This document shows positions 1 through 10,259 of a stretch of DNA of 64,000 bases, one piece after another. The notes beneath the pieces are model-generated. The model saw only the letters and a program-made list of their open reading frames with translations, made no database searches and was not told the origin of the DNA. Positions within the stretch are counted from its first letter, which is position 1; each line of letters starts with the position of its first letter. A program made the position numbers and the translations under genes. Source of the stretch: Pedobacter sp. (lineage in GTDB: Bacteria; Desulfobacterota; Desulfuromonadia; Desulfuromonadales; Syntrophotaleaceae); the NCBI GenBank assembly GCA_050253415.1, contig JBFWJC010000001.1, positions 64,001-128,000 of the forward strand, read 5' to 3'.

Positions 1-239
1 ACGATTTCCAACCCGAATTCCTGGCAGTGTTCCTGGAAGCGCTGCATCAGTTCCGGGCCGTCAACCCCGCCGGGAAACCCGGGGTAATTCTCGATTTTGG
101 TGGTGGTGATGACCTGGCCGCCGATCATCATGCTTTCGACCAGCACGGTTTTCAGATCGGCGCGCGAAGTATACAGACCTGCGGTCAAGCCGGCCGGACC
201 ACCGCCGATAATCAGCACATCATAAAGTGTATTTTCCAT
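1..239 (-). CDS. trxB: Thioredoxin-disulfide reductase, N-terminal part (runs off the window edge)
   Basis: Manual translation of the minus strand from ATG at 239: MENTLYDVLIIGGGPAGLTAGLYTSRA...GGQVITTTKIENYPGFP. It has the FAD-binding GxGxxG and the TrxB IENYPGF motif, with an AAGGAG RBS upstream. Not in the ORF track because it is truncated. Confidence 0.9.
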   Translation of the reverse strand, partial: MENTLYDVLIIGGGPAGLTAGLYTSRADLKTVLVESMMIGGQVITTTKIENYPGFPGGVDGPELMQRFQEHCQEFGLEI

Positions 240-489
240 CGGTTTCACTCCTTACTTGAATCGTATTGGCAACCAGGCTCCCGGCTCTGAAACCCGAAAG
301 CATGGTTATCTGACTGTGTGCGAACAACCCTATATAGCATGTCAACGGGGAATAGGGGAAGGGTTCACCACCATGCGCTTTTGACAAAATTCCCTACCCC
401 CTTGTCTTGCAGGGCAAGCAGGGCTAATATGACGGCATCGCATGCAGCTCCCATCCCTCATCCATTTTCTCAGGTGCGGACGACAATCC

Positions 490-948
490 ATGGCACGTAA
501 AAAAACTCAAAAAAAAGCCCTTAAAAAACCGTATTCCTTTATCAGAGCATTGTTATGGACCTTCTGTTTCCTGGCCCTGCTTTTGACTCTGGATCAACTG
601 GCCCTGCGCCTGCATCCTGCCACGCCGGTACTGCAGGAGCTGCAGAGCGATTACCGCGAGTTCCGTAGCCGCCTGCTTGGCAAAACGCCGAGAGAACCCC
701 TGACCATCGAGGCGGTTATCAACGCGGATGCCACCCCCCCGGTTAAAAAACCGCAAAAAGTTGCGCCTCAAAAATCGCTCAAAATCTCTACCAAGGCGCC
801 TCAACAACACGTTTTGCAGAAAAAGCCCTCCACCCCGACGGCTGATAAATATCTTTACGTCGATGCCGAGGGTGAACTGCAATTTGCCGACCGCCTGGAA
901 GAGATCCCCGCGGCCCTGCGCAGCGGCGCCCAACCGCTCAAAGATTAA
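490..948 (+). CDS. Hypothetical membrane-anchored protein with Lys/Pro-rich linker and small C-terminal domain
   Basis: ORF 442..948, likely start at ATG 490 (MARKKTQKK). One hydrophobic helix, a low-complexity linker and a C-terminal YLYVDAEGELQFAD..EEIP motif (DUF4124-like). Confidence 0.65.
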   Translation: MARKKTQKKALKKPYSFIRALLWTFCFLALLLTLDQLALRLHPATPVLQELQSDYREFRSRLLGKTPREPLTIEAVINADATPPVKKPQKVAPQKSLKISTKAPQQHVLQKKPSTPTADKYLYVDAEGELQFADRLEEIPAALRSGAQPLKD

Positions 949-980
949 CGACGAACAACCCCTCCCTGCCCGGTTTTATT

Positions 981-1793
981 TCAGGTCAAAACGCCGTAAA
1001 CATCCGGCCGCCGATCATGCCAGGCAGGGATCGCCTCCCGGTAGACACGCTGATCCTCCCGATCGAGATCCGCCAGCACCTCGCACGGTTCTTCGCCCCC
1101 TTCGGCCAAGACCTCACCGCGTGGAGAGACGATCAGGCTCATGCCGAAAAAATCGAGTTTACCCTGCACCCCACAGCAATTGGCCGCCACCATGAAGACC
1201 TGGTTTTCGATAGCCCTGGCCTTCAGCAAGGTGCACCAGTGATCCTGTCGCGGCTTGGGCCATTGCGCCGGCAGACAGATTATCTCTGCACCGTCGAGAG
1301 TCAATCGGCGAAACAACTCCGGAAATCGTAGATCGTAACAGATCGCCAGCCCGACGCGACCGACAGAGGTATCAGCCACCAGGGTCGCATCGCCTGCGCG
1401 CAAATAGCGATCCTCGCGCATCGGCGAAAACAGATGCAACTTACGGTAGCGGCCTTTGACGGCACCGCTGTCCACCAGATAGGAAGTATTGAACAAGGCA
1501 TCGCCGTCAAGCTCCGGCATGCTGCCGACAATAACCATCTCCCGCGTCGCGGAAAATTCCATCAAGGCCTGCACCACCCGGGGGGTATGCACCGCCAGGG
1601 CCGCCAGATTCCGGTAATCGAAGCCGCTGCTCCACATCTCCGGCAACACCGCCAGACGTACACCCTGCTGTACCAGTCGCTCAAGCCCGGCCAGAACCCT
1701 TTGCAGATTATGCTCGACATCGCCCATGGCGACATTGAACTGCACACATCCGGCACAGAGCGAGGCTGTCTGCAACTTTGTTTTAGTTGGCAT
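981..1793 (-). CDS. Carbon-nitrogen hydrolase (nitrilase/omega-amidase family)
   Basis: Catalytic triad motifs VLPEMW (Glu), YRKLHLF (Lys) and ICYDLRFPE (Cys); also ARAIENQ. Confidence 0.92.
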   Translation of the reverse strand: MPTKTKLQTASLCAGCVQFNVAMGDVEHNLQRVLAGLERLVQQGVRLAVLPEMWSSGFDYRNLAALAVHTPRVVQALMEFSATREMVIVGSMPELDGDALFNTSYLVDSGAVKGRYRKLHLFSPMREDRYLRAGDATLVADTSVGRVGLAICYDLRFPELFRRLTLDGAEIICLPAQWPKPRQDHWCTLLKARAIENQVFMVAANCCGVQGKLDFFGMSLIVSPRGEVLAEGGEEPCEVLADLDREDQRVYREAIPAWHDRRPDVYGVLT

Positions 1794-2040
1794 GCGGTTC
1801 TCCTCCCGAAAATCAAAATGCGTCGCAGGTCATACTAAGGGAGGCTCGCCTTTCAAAGCAAGTCCGCAGCTCTCCTGTCTCCCGTTTTTGCCTCTTGACT
1901 CTATCCATCAATGGCGAGAATATCCGCGCGATTGGAACCAGCGTTGAGGCGGGGGATCCTGGGTTATCGAAGCGCCTCTATCCTGCTGCGGCCTTTTCAC
2001 CCTCTCTCTCTCTTGCTTTTTTCGACGAAAGGCATGCCCC

Positions 2041-3468
2041 ATGTCAAAATTCAGCCTTTTACCCGGTATCATTCTTGTTTTGTTTTCCATGGCCTTGCCG
2101 GTGTCGGCCAGTGAAGGCCTTTCCGCCCCCTCTAACCTGACGGCCACCCCCTTCGCCATTATCGGCCTCTTACTTTTCCTTGCCGCCTATACTTTGGTAA
2201 TCATGGAAGAGAAGTTACACCTGCGCAAAAGCAAGCCGGTGATCGTTGCCGCGGGCCTCATCTGGATCATGGTGGCCCTCGCCTACCGGCATCTCGGCCG
2301 GCCCGAGGCGGTCCACGATGCCATACTGGGCAATCTTACCGAGTATGGCGAGCTGTTCCTTTTCCTGCTGGCGGCCATGACCTACATCAATGCCATGGAG
2401 GAGCGCAACGTGTTTCGCAGCCTGCGCATGTGGCTGGTCTCGCGCGGCTTCACCCTGCGGCAGATATTCTGGCTTACCGGAATTCTATCCTTTTTCATCT
2501 CGGCGTTGGCAGATAACCTGACCACCGCCCTGCTGATGGGCACCGTGGTCATGACCGTGGGGGGCACCAACCGCAAATTCATCGTGCCGGCATGCATCAA
2601 TATCGTAGTCGCCGCAAATGCCGGGGGAGCCTTCTGCCCGTTTGGGGACATCACCACCCTTATGGTCTGGCAGAAAGGCATGCTCGGCTTCTTTCAATTT
2701 TTCCACCTGTTCCTGCCTTCCCTGATCAATTGGCTGATCCCGGCCTTTTGTCTTAGCTTCGCCATTGCCAAGGACGCTCCGGACGCCAAGGTTGACAATA
2801 TCGCTATGAAGCCCGGCGCCCGCCGCATCATCGCCCTGTTTTTGCTGACCATCGCCACCGCCGTGTCGTTCCACAACTTTCTGCACCTGCCGCCGGCGGT
2901 GGGCATGATGCTGGGACTGGGGTACCTGTCGTTTTTCGGATATTTCCTTAAACGCTGCGAACACCGACAGGCTGCCGGGGACGGCCCGCTGGATATGACC
3001 GGTACCGACGGGCAGCCCGGCTTCGATCTGTTCCGCAAGATCGCCAAGGCCGAATGGGATACGCTGCTGTTCTTTTACGGGGTCATTTTGTGCGTCGGCG
3101 GCCTCGGCCAATTCGGCTACCTGGCCCTAGCCTCCAACTTCATGTACAACGATCTCGGGCCCACCACGGCCAACGTGCTGGTGGGAGTCTTGTCCGCCAT
3201 CGTCGACAACATCCCGGTGATGTTCGGCGTGTTGACCATGAACCCGCCCATGTCCCACGGCCAGTGGCTGCTGGTGACCCTTACCGCAGGGGTCGGCGGC
3301 AGCATGCTTTCCATCGGTTCGGCCGCGGGTGTGGCCATGATGGGTACCGCCCGCGGCTTGTATACTTTCAGCAGTCATCTGAAATGGGCCTGGGCCATCG
3401 CCCTCGGCTACGCAGCCAGTATTTTGCTTCACCTGCTTATCAACCGCGCCCTGTTCTCCATCTTCTGA
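2041..3468 (+). CDS. nhaD: Na+/H+ antiporter NhaD family, copy 1
   Basis: Multi-pass membrane protein with EEKLHLRKSKP, ADNLTTAL, ANAGGAF.PFGDITT, SAIVDNIP and GGS.LSIGSAAGVA motifs. Confidence 0.9.
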   Translation: MSKFSLLPGIILVLFSMALPVSASEGLSAPSNLTATPFAIIGLLLFLAAYTLVIMEEKLHLRKSKPVIVAAGLIWIMVALAYRHLGRPEAVHDAILGNLTEYGELFLFLLAAMTYINAMEERNVFRSLRMWLVSRGFTLRQIFWLTGILSFFISALADNLTTALLMGTVVMTVGGTNRKFIVPACINIVVAANAGGAFCPFGDITTLMVWQKGMLGFFQFFHLFLPSLINWLIPAFCLSFAIAKDAPDAKVDNIAMKPGARRIIALFLLTIATAVSFHNFLHLPPAVGMMLGLGYLSFFGYFLKRCEHRQAAGDGPLDMTGTDGQPGFDLFRKIAKAEWDTLLFFYGVILCVGGLGQFGYLALASNFMYNDLGPTTANVLVGVLSAIVDNIPVMFGVLTMNPPMSHGQWLLVTLTAGVGGSMLSIGSAAGVAMMGTARGLYTFSSHLKWAWAIALGYAASILLHLLINRALFSIF

Positions 3469-3500
3469 TATACGGCTGACAGGACCCGGACAATCAATCG

Positions 3501-3558
3501 GCCCGGCTCATGGGAGCGCACCTGCGTGATACTTACGTTCAGCCTCCCCGAGCCGGGC
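3501..3558. repeat. Intergenic inverted repeat (hairpin) between the nhaD copies
   Basis: GCCCGGCTC(3501)...GAGCCGGGC(3558) is a perfect 9-bp stem, with an inner GGGAG/CTCCC pair. Confidence 0.6.
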
Positions 3559-3768
3559 AAAGACTCCACAGCGAATCATCCCTGCCATCAGCCTGCTACC
3601 GCGCCCAGCCCCGCCAGCATTCAAAAATGCTTATCCTTTCATCAAATAAGCCACGTCGTGCTTGACTCCGACAGGCTAAATGGGAAAAGATAAGTACTTT
3701 TGGGGCAACGCACCGATGCGTATCCGGCCTTGAATCCATTTTTGAGACGAATAATATTTTCAATGGGG

Positions 3769-5193
3769 ATGAGACAAGTGAAAAAACTTTTGCCGTTTAT
3801 AGGGACGTTGTTCATAACAGGCCTGGCTGCCATGCCGGCTGTTGCCAGCGGTGGCGAGCATGTGGCAGACCTGACGCAAACACCTTACGGAATGATCGGC
3901 CTGGTGCTGTTTGTTGCCGCCTACGCACTGGTCATTTTTGAAGAAAAACTGCATCTGCGCAAAAGCAAACCGGTCATTCTGGCCGCCGGTATCATCTGGA
4001 TTCTGGTGGCCCTGGCGTATAAACACATCGGGCAGCCTGAAGCGGCCCACCATGCCATTCTGGGCAACCTGGTCGAATACGCCGAGCTGTTTTTGTTTTT
4101 ACTGGCAGCCATGACCTATATCAACGCCATGGAAGAACGCAATGTCTTTCGTTCCCTGCGTTCCTGGCTGGTTTCACGCGGGTTTACCCTGCGCACCGTG
4201 TTCTGGCTTACCGGCCTGCTGTCGTTTCTCATCTCACCGGTGGCGGACAACCTGACCACCGCTCTGCTGATGGGCACCGTGGCCATGACCGTGGGTGGCG
4301 CCAATCGTCGTTTCATTACCCTGGCCTGCATCAATATCGTAGTCGCTGCCAATGCCGGCGGGGCTTTTTCCCCCTTTGGCGACATCACCACCCTGATGGT
4401 CTGGCAGAAGGGCAAGGTCGATTTCATCGAGTTTTTCTCCATCTTCCTGCCCGCACTGGTCAACTGGTTGATCCCGGCTATTATCATGAGCTTGACCATT
4501 AAAAAAGAGCAGCCCGAAGCCCTGGACCAGGTCATGCAGATGAAATTCGGCGCCCGGCGCATTATCGTTTTGTTCCTGCTGACCATTGTCACAGCCGTGT
4601 CCTTCCACAACTTCCTGCATCTGCCGCCGGCGGTGGGCATGATGCTGGGTCTGGGCTATCTGTCGTTTTTTTCTTACTATATCAAGCGCAAAGAACACCG
4701 TCTGAATGCCGGCGATGGCCCGCTTGACATCACCGGCACCAACGGTCAGCCCGGCTTTGATCTGTTCCGCAAGATCGCCAAGGCCGAATGGGATACCCTG
4801 CTGTTCTTTTACGGGGTCATTTTATGCGTCGGCGGCCTCGGTCAGTTCGGTTATCTGGCCATGGCCTCCAATTTCATGTACCTCGATCTCGGCGCCACCA
4901 CCGCCAACGTTTTGGTAGGGATATTGTCTGCCATCGTCGACAATATTCCGGTGATGTTCGCAGTGTTAACCATGGACCCGCAGATGTCCCACGGCCAGTG
5001 GCTGCTGGTGACCCTCACCGCCGGAGTCGGCGGCAGTCTGCTGTCCATCGGCTCGGCGGCCGGCGTGGCCCTGATGGGCAGTGCGCGCGGTATATATACC
5101 TTCGGTCAACATCTTAAATGGACCTGGGCAGTAGCCCTCGGTTACGCTGCCAGCATCCTTGTGCACCTGTGGATCAACGTTCACCACATGTAA
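3769..5193 (+). CDS. nhaD: Na+/H+ antiporter NhaD family, copy 2 (start uncertain: 3763, 3769 or 3778)
   Basis: Close paralog of 2041..3468 with the same NhaD motifs and an N-terminal signal-like segment. Confidence 0.9.
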   Translation: MRQVKKLLPFIGTLFITGLAAMPAVASGGEHVADLTQTPYGMIGLVLFVAAYALVIFEEKLHLRKSKPVILAAGIIWILVALAYKHIGQPEAAHHAILGNLVEYAELFLFLLAAMTYINAMEERNVFRSLRSWLVSRGFTLRTVFWLTGLLSFLISPVADNLTTALLMGTVAMTVGGANRRFITLACINIVVAANAGGAFSPFGDITTLMVWQKGKVDFIEFFSIFLPALVNWLIPAIIMSLTIKKEQPEALDQVMQMKFGARRIIVLFLLTIVTAVSFHNFLHLPPAVGMMLGLGYLSFFSYYIKRKEHRLNAGDGPLDITGTNGQPGFDLFRKIAKAEWDTLLFFYGVILCVGGLGQFGYLAMASNFMYLDLGATTANVLVGILSAIVDNIPVMFAVLTMDPQMSHGQWLLVTLTAGVGGSLLSIGSAAGVALMGSARGIYTFGQHLKWTWAVALGYAASILVHLWINVHHM

Positions 5194-6389
5194 ACCGGCC
5201 CGGGCCTTCAGGGCCTGCCGGTCTTACCCACACCATTAAGCCCCGAGCCTTTGAAGGGCCGGGGCTTTATCTGCATATCCCCTTCTGCCTGCGCAAATGC
5301 CCCTATTGCGACTTTTTTTCCCTGCCTGCAGATCCGGAACTGCTCACCGCCTATCCCGACCTGCTTATCGCCCAACTTGAACGCGAAAGCCGCACGCATC
5401 GTTGGCAAGGCCCATTTTCAACCGTCTTTTTCGGCGGAGGCACCCCCTCCCTGCTACCGCCTGAGGCCATCGGTCGCATCCTGACACAAGCCGACCGCCT
5501 GTTCGGTCTGACCTCCCGGGTGGAAATTTCCCTCGAGGCCAATCCCGGCACGGTATCTCTCGACAGTTTAAGCGGTTATCGCGCCGCCGGAGTCAACCGC
5601 CTGTCGTTTGGGGTGCAATCCCTCAACGATGCGTACCTCCAGCGTCTGGGCCGGATCCACACCGCCGCCGATGCCAGAAACGCGGTACGCTGGGCCCGCA
5701 ATGCCGGGTTTGATAACCTGTCCTGCGATCTGATCTTCGCCTTGCCTCATCAATCGCCGCAGGCCGCTCTCGCGGACCTGGAAGCTGTGCTGGACCTGGC
5801 CCCGCAACATCTGTCGTGCTACGGACTCGGCATCGAACCTGACACTGTTTTTGCGCAACAGTTGGATACGGGTGAACTGCACCCTGCTTCAGAAGAAATC
5901 TACGCCGAAATGTTCTGCCAGCTGCACTCGCAGCTCACCAATGCCGGTTTCGAGCATTACGAAATCTCCAACTACGCCCGTCCGGGCAAAGCTTGCCTGC
6001 ACAATCTCAACACCTGGCAGAGACACCCCTACCTGGGGCTCGGCCCCGGAGCCCATTCCTTTTGTGCCAGCGAATGGGGAGAGCGCCGATCCGTGCCACC
6101 CGATCTTGAGACTTACATCGCCGCAGTAACCACCGGGCTCGACCCGACCGTATGTCTTGAAACCTTCGATCTCTCCGGCGCCATGGCGGAGACAGCCTAT
6201 CTGGGTCTCAGATGTACCGAGGGTGTGGAAGACGCCGGTTTTTTCAACCGTTTCGGAACGCGATTCACCGATGCCTTTCCTCAGGCGATAGCGCGTTGCG
6301 GGGAGCACCTTACCCGGCAACACGGATACTGGAATCTGGACCTGCAGGGGTGGCTGCTTTTCGACCATTTTATAAGTGGTTTCCTGTAG
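5118..6389 (+). CDS. hemW: Radical SAM heme chaperone HemW (HemN-like); start codon unclear
   Basis: GLYLHIPFCLRKCPYCDF (CxxxCxxC), FFGGGTPS, EANP, RLSFGVQS, YEISNYA and HNLNTW motifs; classic position upstream of hrcA. Confidence 0.88.
   Translation: MDLGSSPRLRCQHPCAPVDQRSPHVNRPGPSGPAGLTHTIKPRAFEGPGLYLHIPFCLRKCPYCDFFSLPADPELLTAYPDLLIAQLERESRTHRWQGPFSTVFFGGGTPSLLPPEAIGRILTQADRLFGLTSRVEISLEANPGTVSLDSLSGYRAAGVNRLSFGVQSLNDAYLQRLGRIHTAADARNAVRWARNAGFDNLSCDLIFALPHQSPQAALADLEAVLDLAPQHLSCYGLGIEPDTVFAQQLDTGELHPASEEIYAEMFCQLHSQLTNAGFEHYEISNYARPGKACLHNLNTWQRHPYLGLGPGAHSFCASEWGERRSVPPDLETYIAAVTTGLDPTVCLETFDLSGAMAETAYLGLRCTEGVEDAGFFNRFGTRFTDAFPQAIARCGEHLTRQHGYWNLDLQGWLLFDHFISGFL
5238..5270 (+). terminator. 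Terminator-like hairpin after nhaD2, overlapping the hemW N-terminal codons
   Basis: AAGCCCCG...CGGGGCTT 8-bp stem followed by a short T-rich run; a second hairpin ACCGGC...GCCGGT lies at 5194-5222. Confidence 0.5.
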
Positions 6390-6422
6390 GCGTTTCAGCT
6401 CTTTTTTACGCCGGTTTTGCCC

Positions 6423-6451
6423 TTGACAAAGGGTAGGGCCGTTGTTATGTT
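6423..6451 (+). promoter_or_regulatory. Sigma70-type promoter of the hrcA-grpE-dnaK operon
   Basis: TTGACA (6423-6428), 17-bp spacer, TATGTT (6446-6451) with an extended TG; directly upstream of CIRCE. Confidence 0.75.
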
Positions 6452-6459
6452 GTCTTCCG

Positions 6460-6486
6460 TTAGCACTCAATAAGCAAGAGTGCTAA
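6460..6486. promoter_or_regulatory. CIRCE element (HrcA operator)
   Basis: Exact consensus TTAGCACTC-N9(AATAAGCAA)-GAGTGCTAA; the palindrome extends by CCG/CGG on the flanks. Confidence 0.98.
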
Positions 6487-6535
6487 CGGCCCTTCAAGCC
6501 GGATGTCCCGGCTTGTTTTACGATTGAGTCTTGCG

Positions 6536-7576
6536 ATGAACAAAGAGTTGAACGAGCGCTGTCGCCTGATACTTGAGGCCATCATCGAGGACTACATAAC
6601 GTTCGGGGAACCGGTCGGTTCGCGTGCCCTTACGCATCGGCACAATATCGCTTTGTCACCGGCCACAGTGCGTAACGTTATGGCCGACCTGGAAGAAATG
6701 GGTTTTTTGACATCTCCCCATACCTCGGCCGGACGTGTCCCCACCGAGAAAGGCTACCGTTTCTACCTCGACAGCCTGTTGCAGATTAAACAGTTATCCC
6801 TTGGCAAGCGGCAATCGATCCAGGAGCACTACCAGCATCGCGGCCTGCGCATGGAAGAGCTGCTGCGGGAGGCCGGACGCATCCTGTCGGCCACTTCCAG
6901 CTATACGGGCGTGGTCATGGTGCCGCACCTGACAACCACGGTCTGCCGGCGCATCGACTTTGTGCGCCTGTCGGCCCGGCGTATCCTGGTGGTATTCGTC
7001 AGTCAGTCCGGCATTGTCGAGCACAAACTTATCGAATCAGACCTGCCGCTTACCGAATCCGAGTTGCAGGAAGCGACCAATTATCTCAGTCAGACGTTCT
7101 CCGGTCTGTCCATTCAGGAAATCAAGCAGTACATCGTCTCCCAGATGGCTGAAGAAAAGGCCATGTACGACAGCATACTGCGACGGACACTGCAGCTTTC
7201 AAGCATGGCATTGGAAGATGACCTGGGGGGACAGGTGTTCATCGAGGGCGCCTGCAATATCCTCGATCAGCCGGAATTCAACGACCTGAACCGGATGAAG
7301 CGACTAATGCGTACCTTCGACCAGAAAAACCTGCTGGTCGAGTTGTTGCACAAGAGCCAGTTAACCGAAGGGGTGCAGATCTACATCGGCAGCCCGGATC
7401 ATTACAGCGATATCGAAGGATGCAGCCTGGTTGCGGCCTCATTTACAAGCCGCTGGGGCGCCACCGGCACCTTGGGCATCATAGGGCCGACCCGCATGCC
7501 TTATTCAACAGTCATTCCGCTGGTGGACTTCACCGCCGGACTGGTTGGCAGCATCCTCGACATCGACGAGGAATAG
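6536..7576 (+). CDS. hrcA: Heat-inducible transcriptional repressor HrcA
   Basis: EPVGSRAL, LSPATVRNVMADLEEMG, PHTSAGRVPT and GIIGPTRMPY motifs; CIRCE upstream. Alternative start at 6503. Confidence 0.97.
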   Translation: MNKELNERCRLILEAIIEDYITFGEPVGSRALTHRHNIALSPATVRNVMADLEEMGFLTSPHTSAGRVPTEKGYRFYLDSLLQIKQLSLGKRQSIQEHYQHRGLRMEELLREAGRILSATSSYTGVVMVPHLTTTVCRRIDFVRLSARRILVVFVSQSGIVEHKLIESDLPLTESELQEATNYLSQTFSGLSIQEIKQYIVSQMAEEKAMYDSILRRTLQLSSMALEDDLGGQVFIEGACNILDQPEFNDLNRMKRLMRTFDQKNLLVELLHKSQLTEGVQIYIGSPDHYSDIEGCSLVAASFTSRWGATGTLGIIGPTRMPYSTVIPLVDFTAGLVGSILDIDEE

Positions 7577-7589
7577 GAGAAGGACTATC

Positions 7590-8174
7590 GTGGCAGAAAA
7601 GAAAAAACAGGCAGCCGACATGAAAAACGGCCAGGAAGAGGAACAATCGGCTCCCGAGACCCCTGAGGGGGGAACAACCGAAGCAGAGCAGGACCCCGTT
7701 GCCCTCCTGCAGCAGGAACTGGCCGACGCTCAGGCCGAAACCCAGAAAAACTGGGATCTCTACCTGCGTGAACGGGCCGAGCTGGAAAACTTCCGCAAGC
7801 GCATGCAGCGCGAAAAAGAAGACCTGGTCCGTTATGCCAACGAGAATCTGCTGCGCGAGATTCTGACGGTGGTGGACAACCTGGAGCGCGCCATCGAGCA
7901 CGCGCGCAAAAATGAAGAAACGGTTCAGGGACTTCTGGAGGGTGTCGAAATGACCCTCTCCCAGTGCCAGAAACTGCTGGAAAAATTCGGTGTCACACCT
8001 GTTGTGGCCGTGGGGGAACCCTTCGACCCGACCTGGCACGAAGCCATGGGACAGCTGGAAAATGCGGACCATCCCGCCAATACCGTTCTGCAGGAAATGC
8101 AGAAAGGCTACGTGCTTAACGATCGACTGCTGCGACCGGCGCTGGTGCTGATCTCCAAAACCCCAGCCGCCTGA
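7590..8174 (+). CDS. grpE: Nucleotide exchange factor GrpE
   Basis: RAELENFRKR, DNLERA, FDPTWHEAM and QKGYVLNDRLLRPA motifs; GTG start after GGAGAAGGA. Confidence 0.97.
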   Translation: MAEKKKQAADMKNGQEEEQSAPETPEGGTTEAEQDPVALLQQELADAQAETQKNWDLYLRERAELENFRKRMQREKEDLVRYANENLLREILTVVDNLERAIEHARKNEETVQGLLEGVEMTLSQCQKLLEKFGVTPVVAVGEPFDPTWHEAMGQLENADHPANTVLQEMQKGYVLNDRLLRPALVLISKTPAA

Positions 8175-8235
8175 AAATAACACCTTTAGCTAACACAACA
8201 AAACCAAGTTCATATTTAAAGGAGGATATATAATC

Positions 8236-10137
8236 ATGGGTAGAGTTATCGGAATTGACCTCGGCACCACCAACTCATGCGTGGCTGTCATGGAAGGGGG
8301 CGAACCCGTCGTCATCGCCAACGCTGAAGGCTCCCGCACCACCCCTTCAATGGTTGCTTTCACCGAAAGCGGCGAGCGCCTGGTCGGCCAACAGGCTAAA
8401 CGTCAGGCTGTGACCAACCCGGAAAACACTTTGTTCGCCATTAAACGCCTTATCGGCCGCAAATTTGACAGCGATGCAGTGCGTCGCGATATCCAGATCA
8501 GCCCGTTCAATATCATCAACGCCGACAACGGCGATGCCTGGGTTGAAGTACGCGGCAAGAAATACAGCCCGCCTGAAATCTCCGCCATGATTCTGCAGAA
8601 AATGAAGCAGACCGCGGAAGATTACCTCGGCGAGAAGGTTACCGATGCGGTTATTACCGTACCGGCCTACTTCAACGACTCCCAGCGCCAGGCCACCAAG
8701 GACGCCGGCAAAATCTCCGGGCTGAACGTATTGCGCATCATCAACGAGCCGACCGCTGCTTCTCTTGCCTACGGCCTCGACAAAAAAGGCGAAGAAAAAA
8801 TTGCCGTTTTCGACCTTGGCGGCGGCACTTTCGATATCTCCGTTCTGGAACTGGGTGATGGCGTGTTCGAGGTCAAGTCGACCAACGGCGACACTTTCCT
8901 GGGCGGCGAAGACTTCGATCAGCACATCATGGATTACGTGGCTGACGAGTTCAAAAAGGAACAGGGCATCGACCTTCGCAACGACAAGATGGCCCTGCAG
9001 CGTCTCAAGGAAGCTTGCGAAAAGGCCAAGTGCGAACTGTCCACCTCCATGGAGACGGACATCAACCTGCCCTTTATCACTGCCGACGCGTCCGGACCCA
9101 AGCATCTCACCATGCGCCTGACCCGCTCCAAGCTGGAAAGCATCTGCGCCAGCCTGTTGGCCAAACTGGTTGAGCCTTGCCGCATGGCCCTGAAAGACGC
9201 CGGGTTGTCGGCCTCCGACATCGACGAAGTACTGCTGGTCGGTGGCATGACCCGTATGCCTGCTGTGCAGGCCAAAGTTCAGGAAATCTTCGGCAAGACC
9301 CCCAGCAAAGGCGTCAACCCGGATGAGGTCGTCGCTATCGGCGCCGCCATCCAGGGCGGTGTTCTCAAAGGCGAAGTCAAAGATGTACTGCTGCTGGACG
9401 TTACGCCTCTGTCCCTGGGCATCGAAACCCTCGGCAGCATCATGACCAAGCTTATCGAGAAAAACACCACCATCCCCTGCAAAAAGAGCCAGATTTTCTC
9501 TACTGCGGCGGACAACCAACCGGCGGTATCGGTTCACGTACTGCAGGGCGAACGTGAGATGGCAGGCGACAACAAGACCATCGGGCGCTTTGAGCTGGTA
9601 GGTATCCCGCCCGCACCGCGTGGCGTGCCCCAGGTCGAGGTAACCTTCGACATCGACGCCAACGGCATCCTGCACGTTTCGGCCAAAGACCTCGGCACCG
9701 GTAAAGAGCAGTCGATCCGCATCACCGCTTCTTCCGGCCTGAGCGATGAGGAAGTCGAAAAAATGGTCAAGGACGCGGAGGCCCACGCCAGCGAAGACAA
9801 GAAAAAACGCGAGCTGATCGAAGCGCGCAACCAGGCTGACGGACTCGCCTACTCCACCGAGCACTCCCTCAAGGAGCATGGCGATAAAATCGACGAGGCA
9901 ACCCGCACCAACATCCAGAGCGCTCTTGACGATCTCAGAAAATCCCTGGAAGGGGAAAATACGGACGAGATCCGCGAGAAGAGCGAAGCTCTGGCCACTG
10001 CATCTCACAAACTGGCCGAAGCGATCTACAAGCAGACCCAGGAAGGTGCGCAAGCGGCTCCCGAAGGCGCCGAGCAGAGCGCCGATGACGGGGTAGTCGA
10101 TGCAGAATTTGAAGAAGTCGACGACCAGAACAAATAA
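8236..10137 (+). CDS. dnaK: Molecular chaperone DnaK (Hsp70)
   Basis: [25 protein letters not shown] and NPDEVVA motifs; AAAGGAGG RBS. Confidence 0.99.
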   Translation: MGRVIGIDLGTTNSCVAVMEGGEPVVIANAEGSRTTPSMVAFTESGERLVGQQAKRQAVTNPENTLFAIKRLIGRKFDSDAVRRDIQISPFNIINADNGDAWVEVRGKKYSPPEISAMILQKMKQTAEDYLGEKVTDAVITVPAYFNDSQRQATKDAGKISGLNVLRIINEPTAASLAYGLDKKGEEKIAVFDLGGGTFDISVLELGDGVFEVKSTNGDTFLGGEDFDQHIMDYVADEFKKEQGIDLRNDKMALQRLKEACEKAKCELSTSMETDINLPFITADASGPKHLTMRLTRSKLESICASLLAKLVEPCRMALKDAGLSASDIDEVLLVGGMTRMPAVQAKVQEIFGKTPSKGVNPDEVVAIGAAIQGGVLKGEVKDVLLLDVTPLSLGIETLGSIMTKLIEKNTTIPCKKSQIFSTAADNQPAVSVHVLQGEREMAGDNKTIGRFELVGIPPAPRGVPQVEVTFDIDANGILHVSAKDLGTGKEQSIRITASSGLSDEEVEKMVKDAEAHASEDKKKRELIEARNQADGLAYSTEHSLKEHGDKIDEATRTNIQSALDDLRKSLEGENTDEIREKSEALATASHKLAEAIYKQTQEGAQAAPEGAEQSADDGVVDAEFEEVDDQNK

Positions 10138-10160
10138 ACAATCCACCCTTCTGTAGCACC

Positions 10161-10191
10161 ACAGGAGCCGGGGAATCCCCCCGGCTCCTGT
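10161..10191 (+). terminator. Strong hairpin between dnaK and dnaJ (terminator or mRNA stabiliser)
   Basis: ACAGGAGCCGGGG...CCCCGGCTCCTGT, a 13-bp perfect stem. Confidence 0.65.
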
Positions 10192-10259
10192 TGCTGTTCA
10201 GATTCACTCCAGCCGGATGTTCAGTTCCTGTTGTGGCTGGAATATAAGGAATTTAAGAG

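Noticed and set aside
8347..10146. 599-aa antisense ORF opposite dnaK
   Set aside because: Known shadow ORF caused by codon bias on the dnaK antisense strand; no independent motifs.
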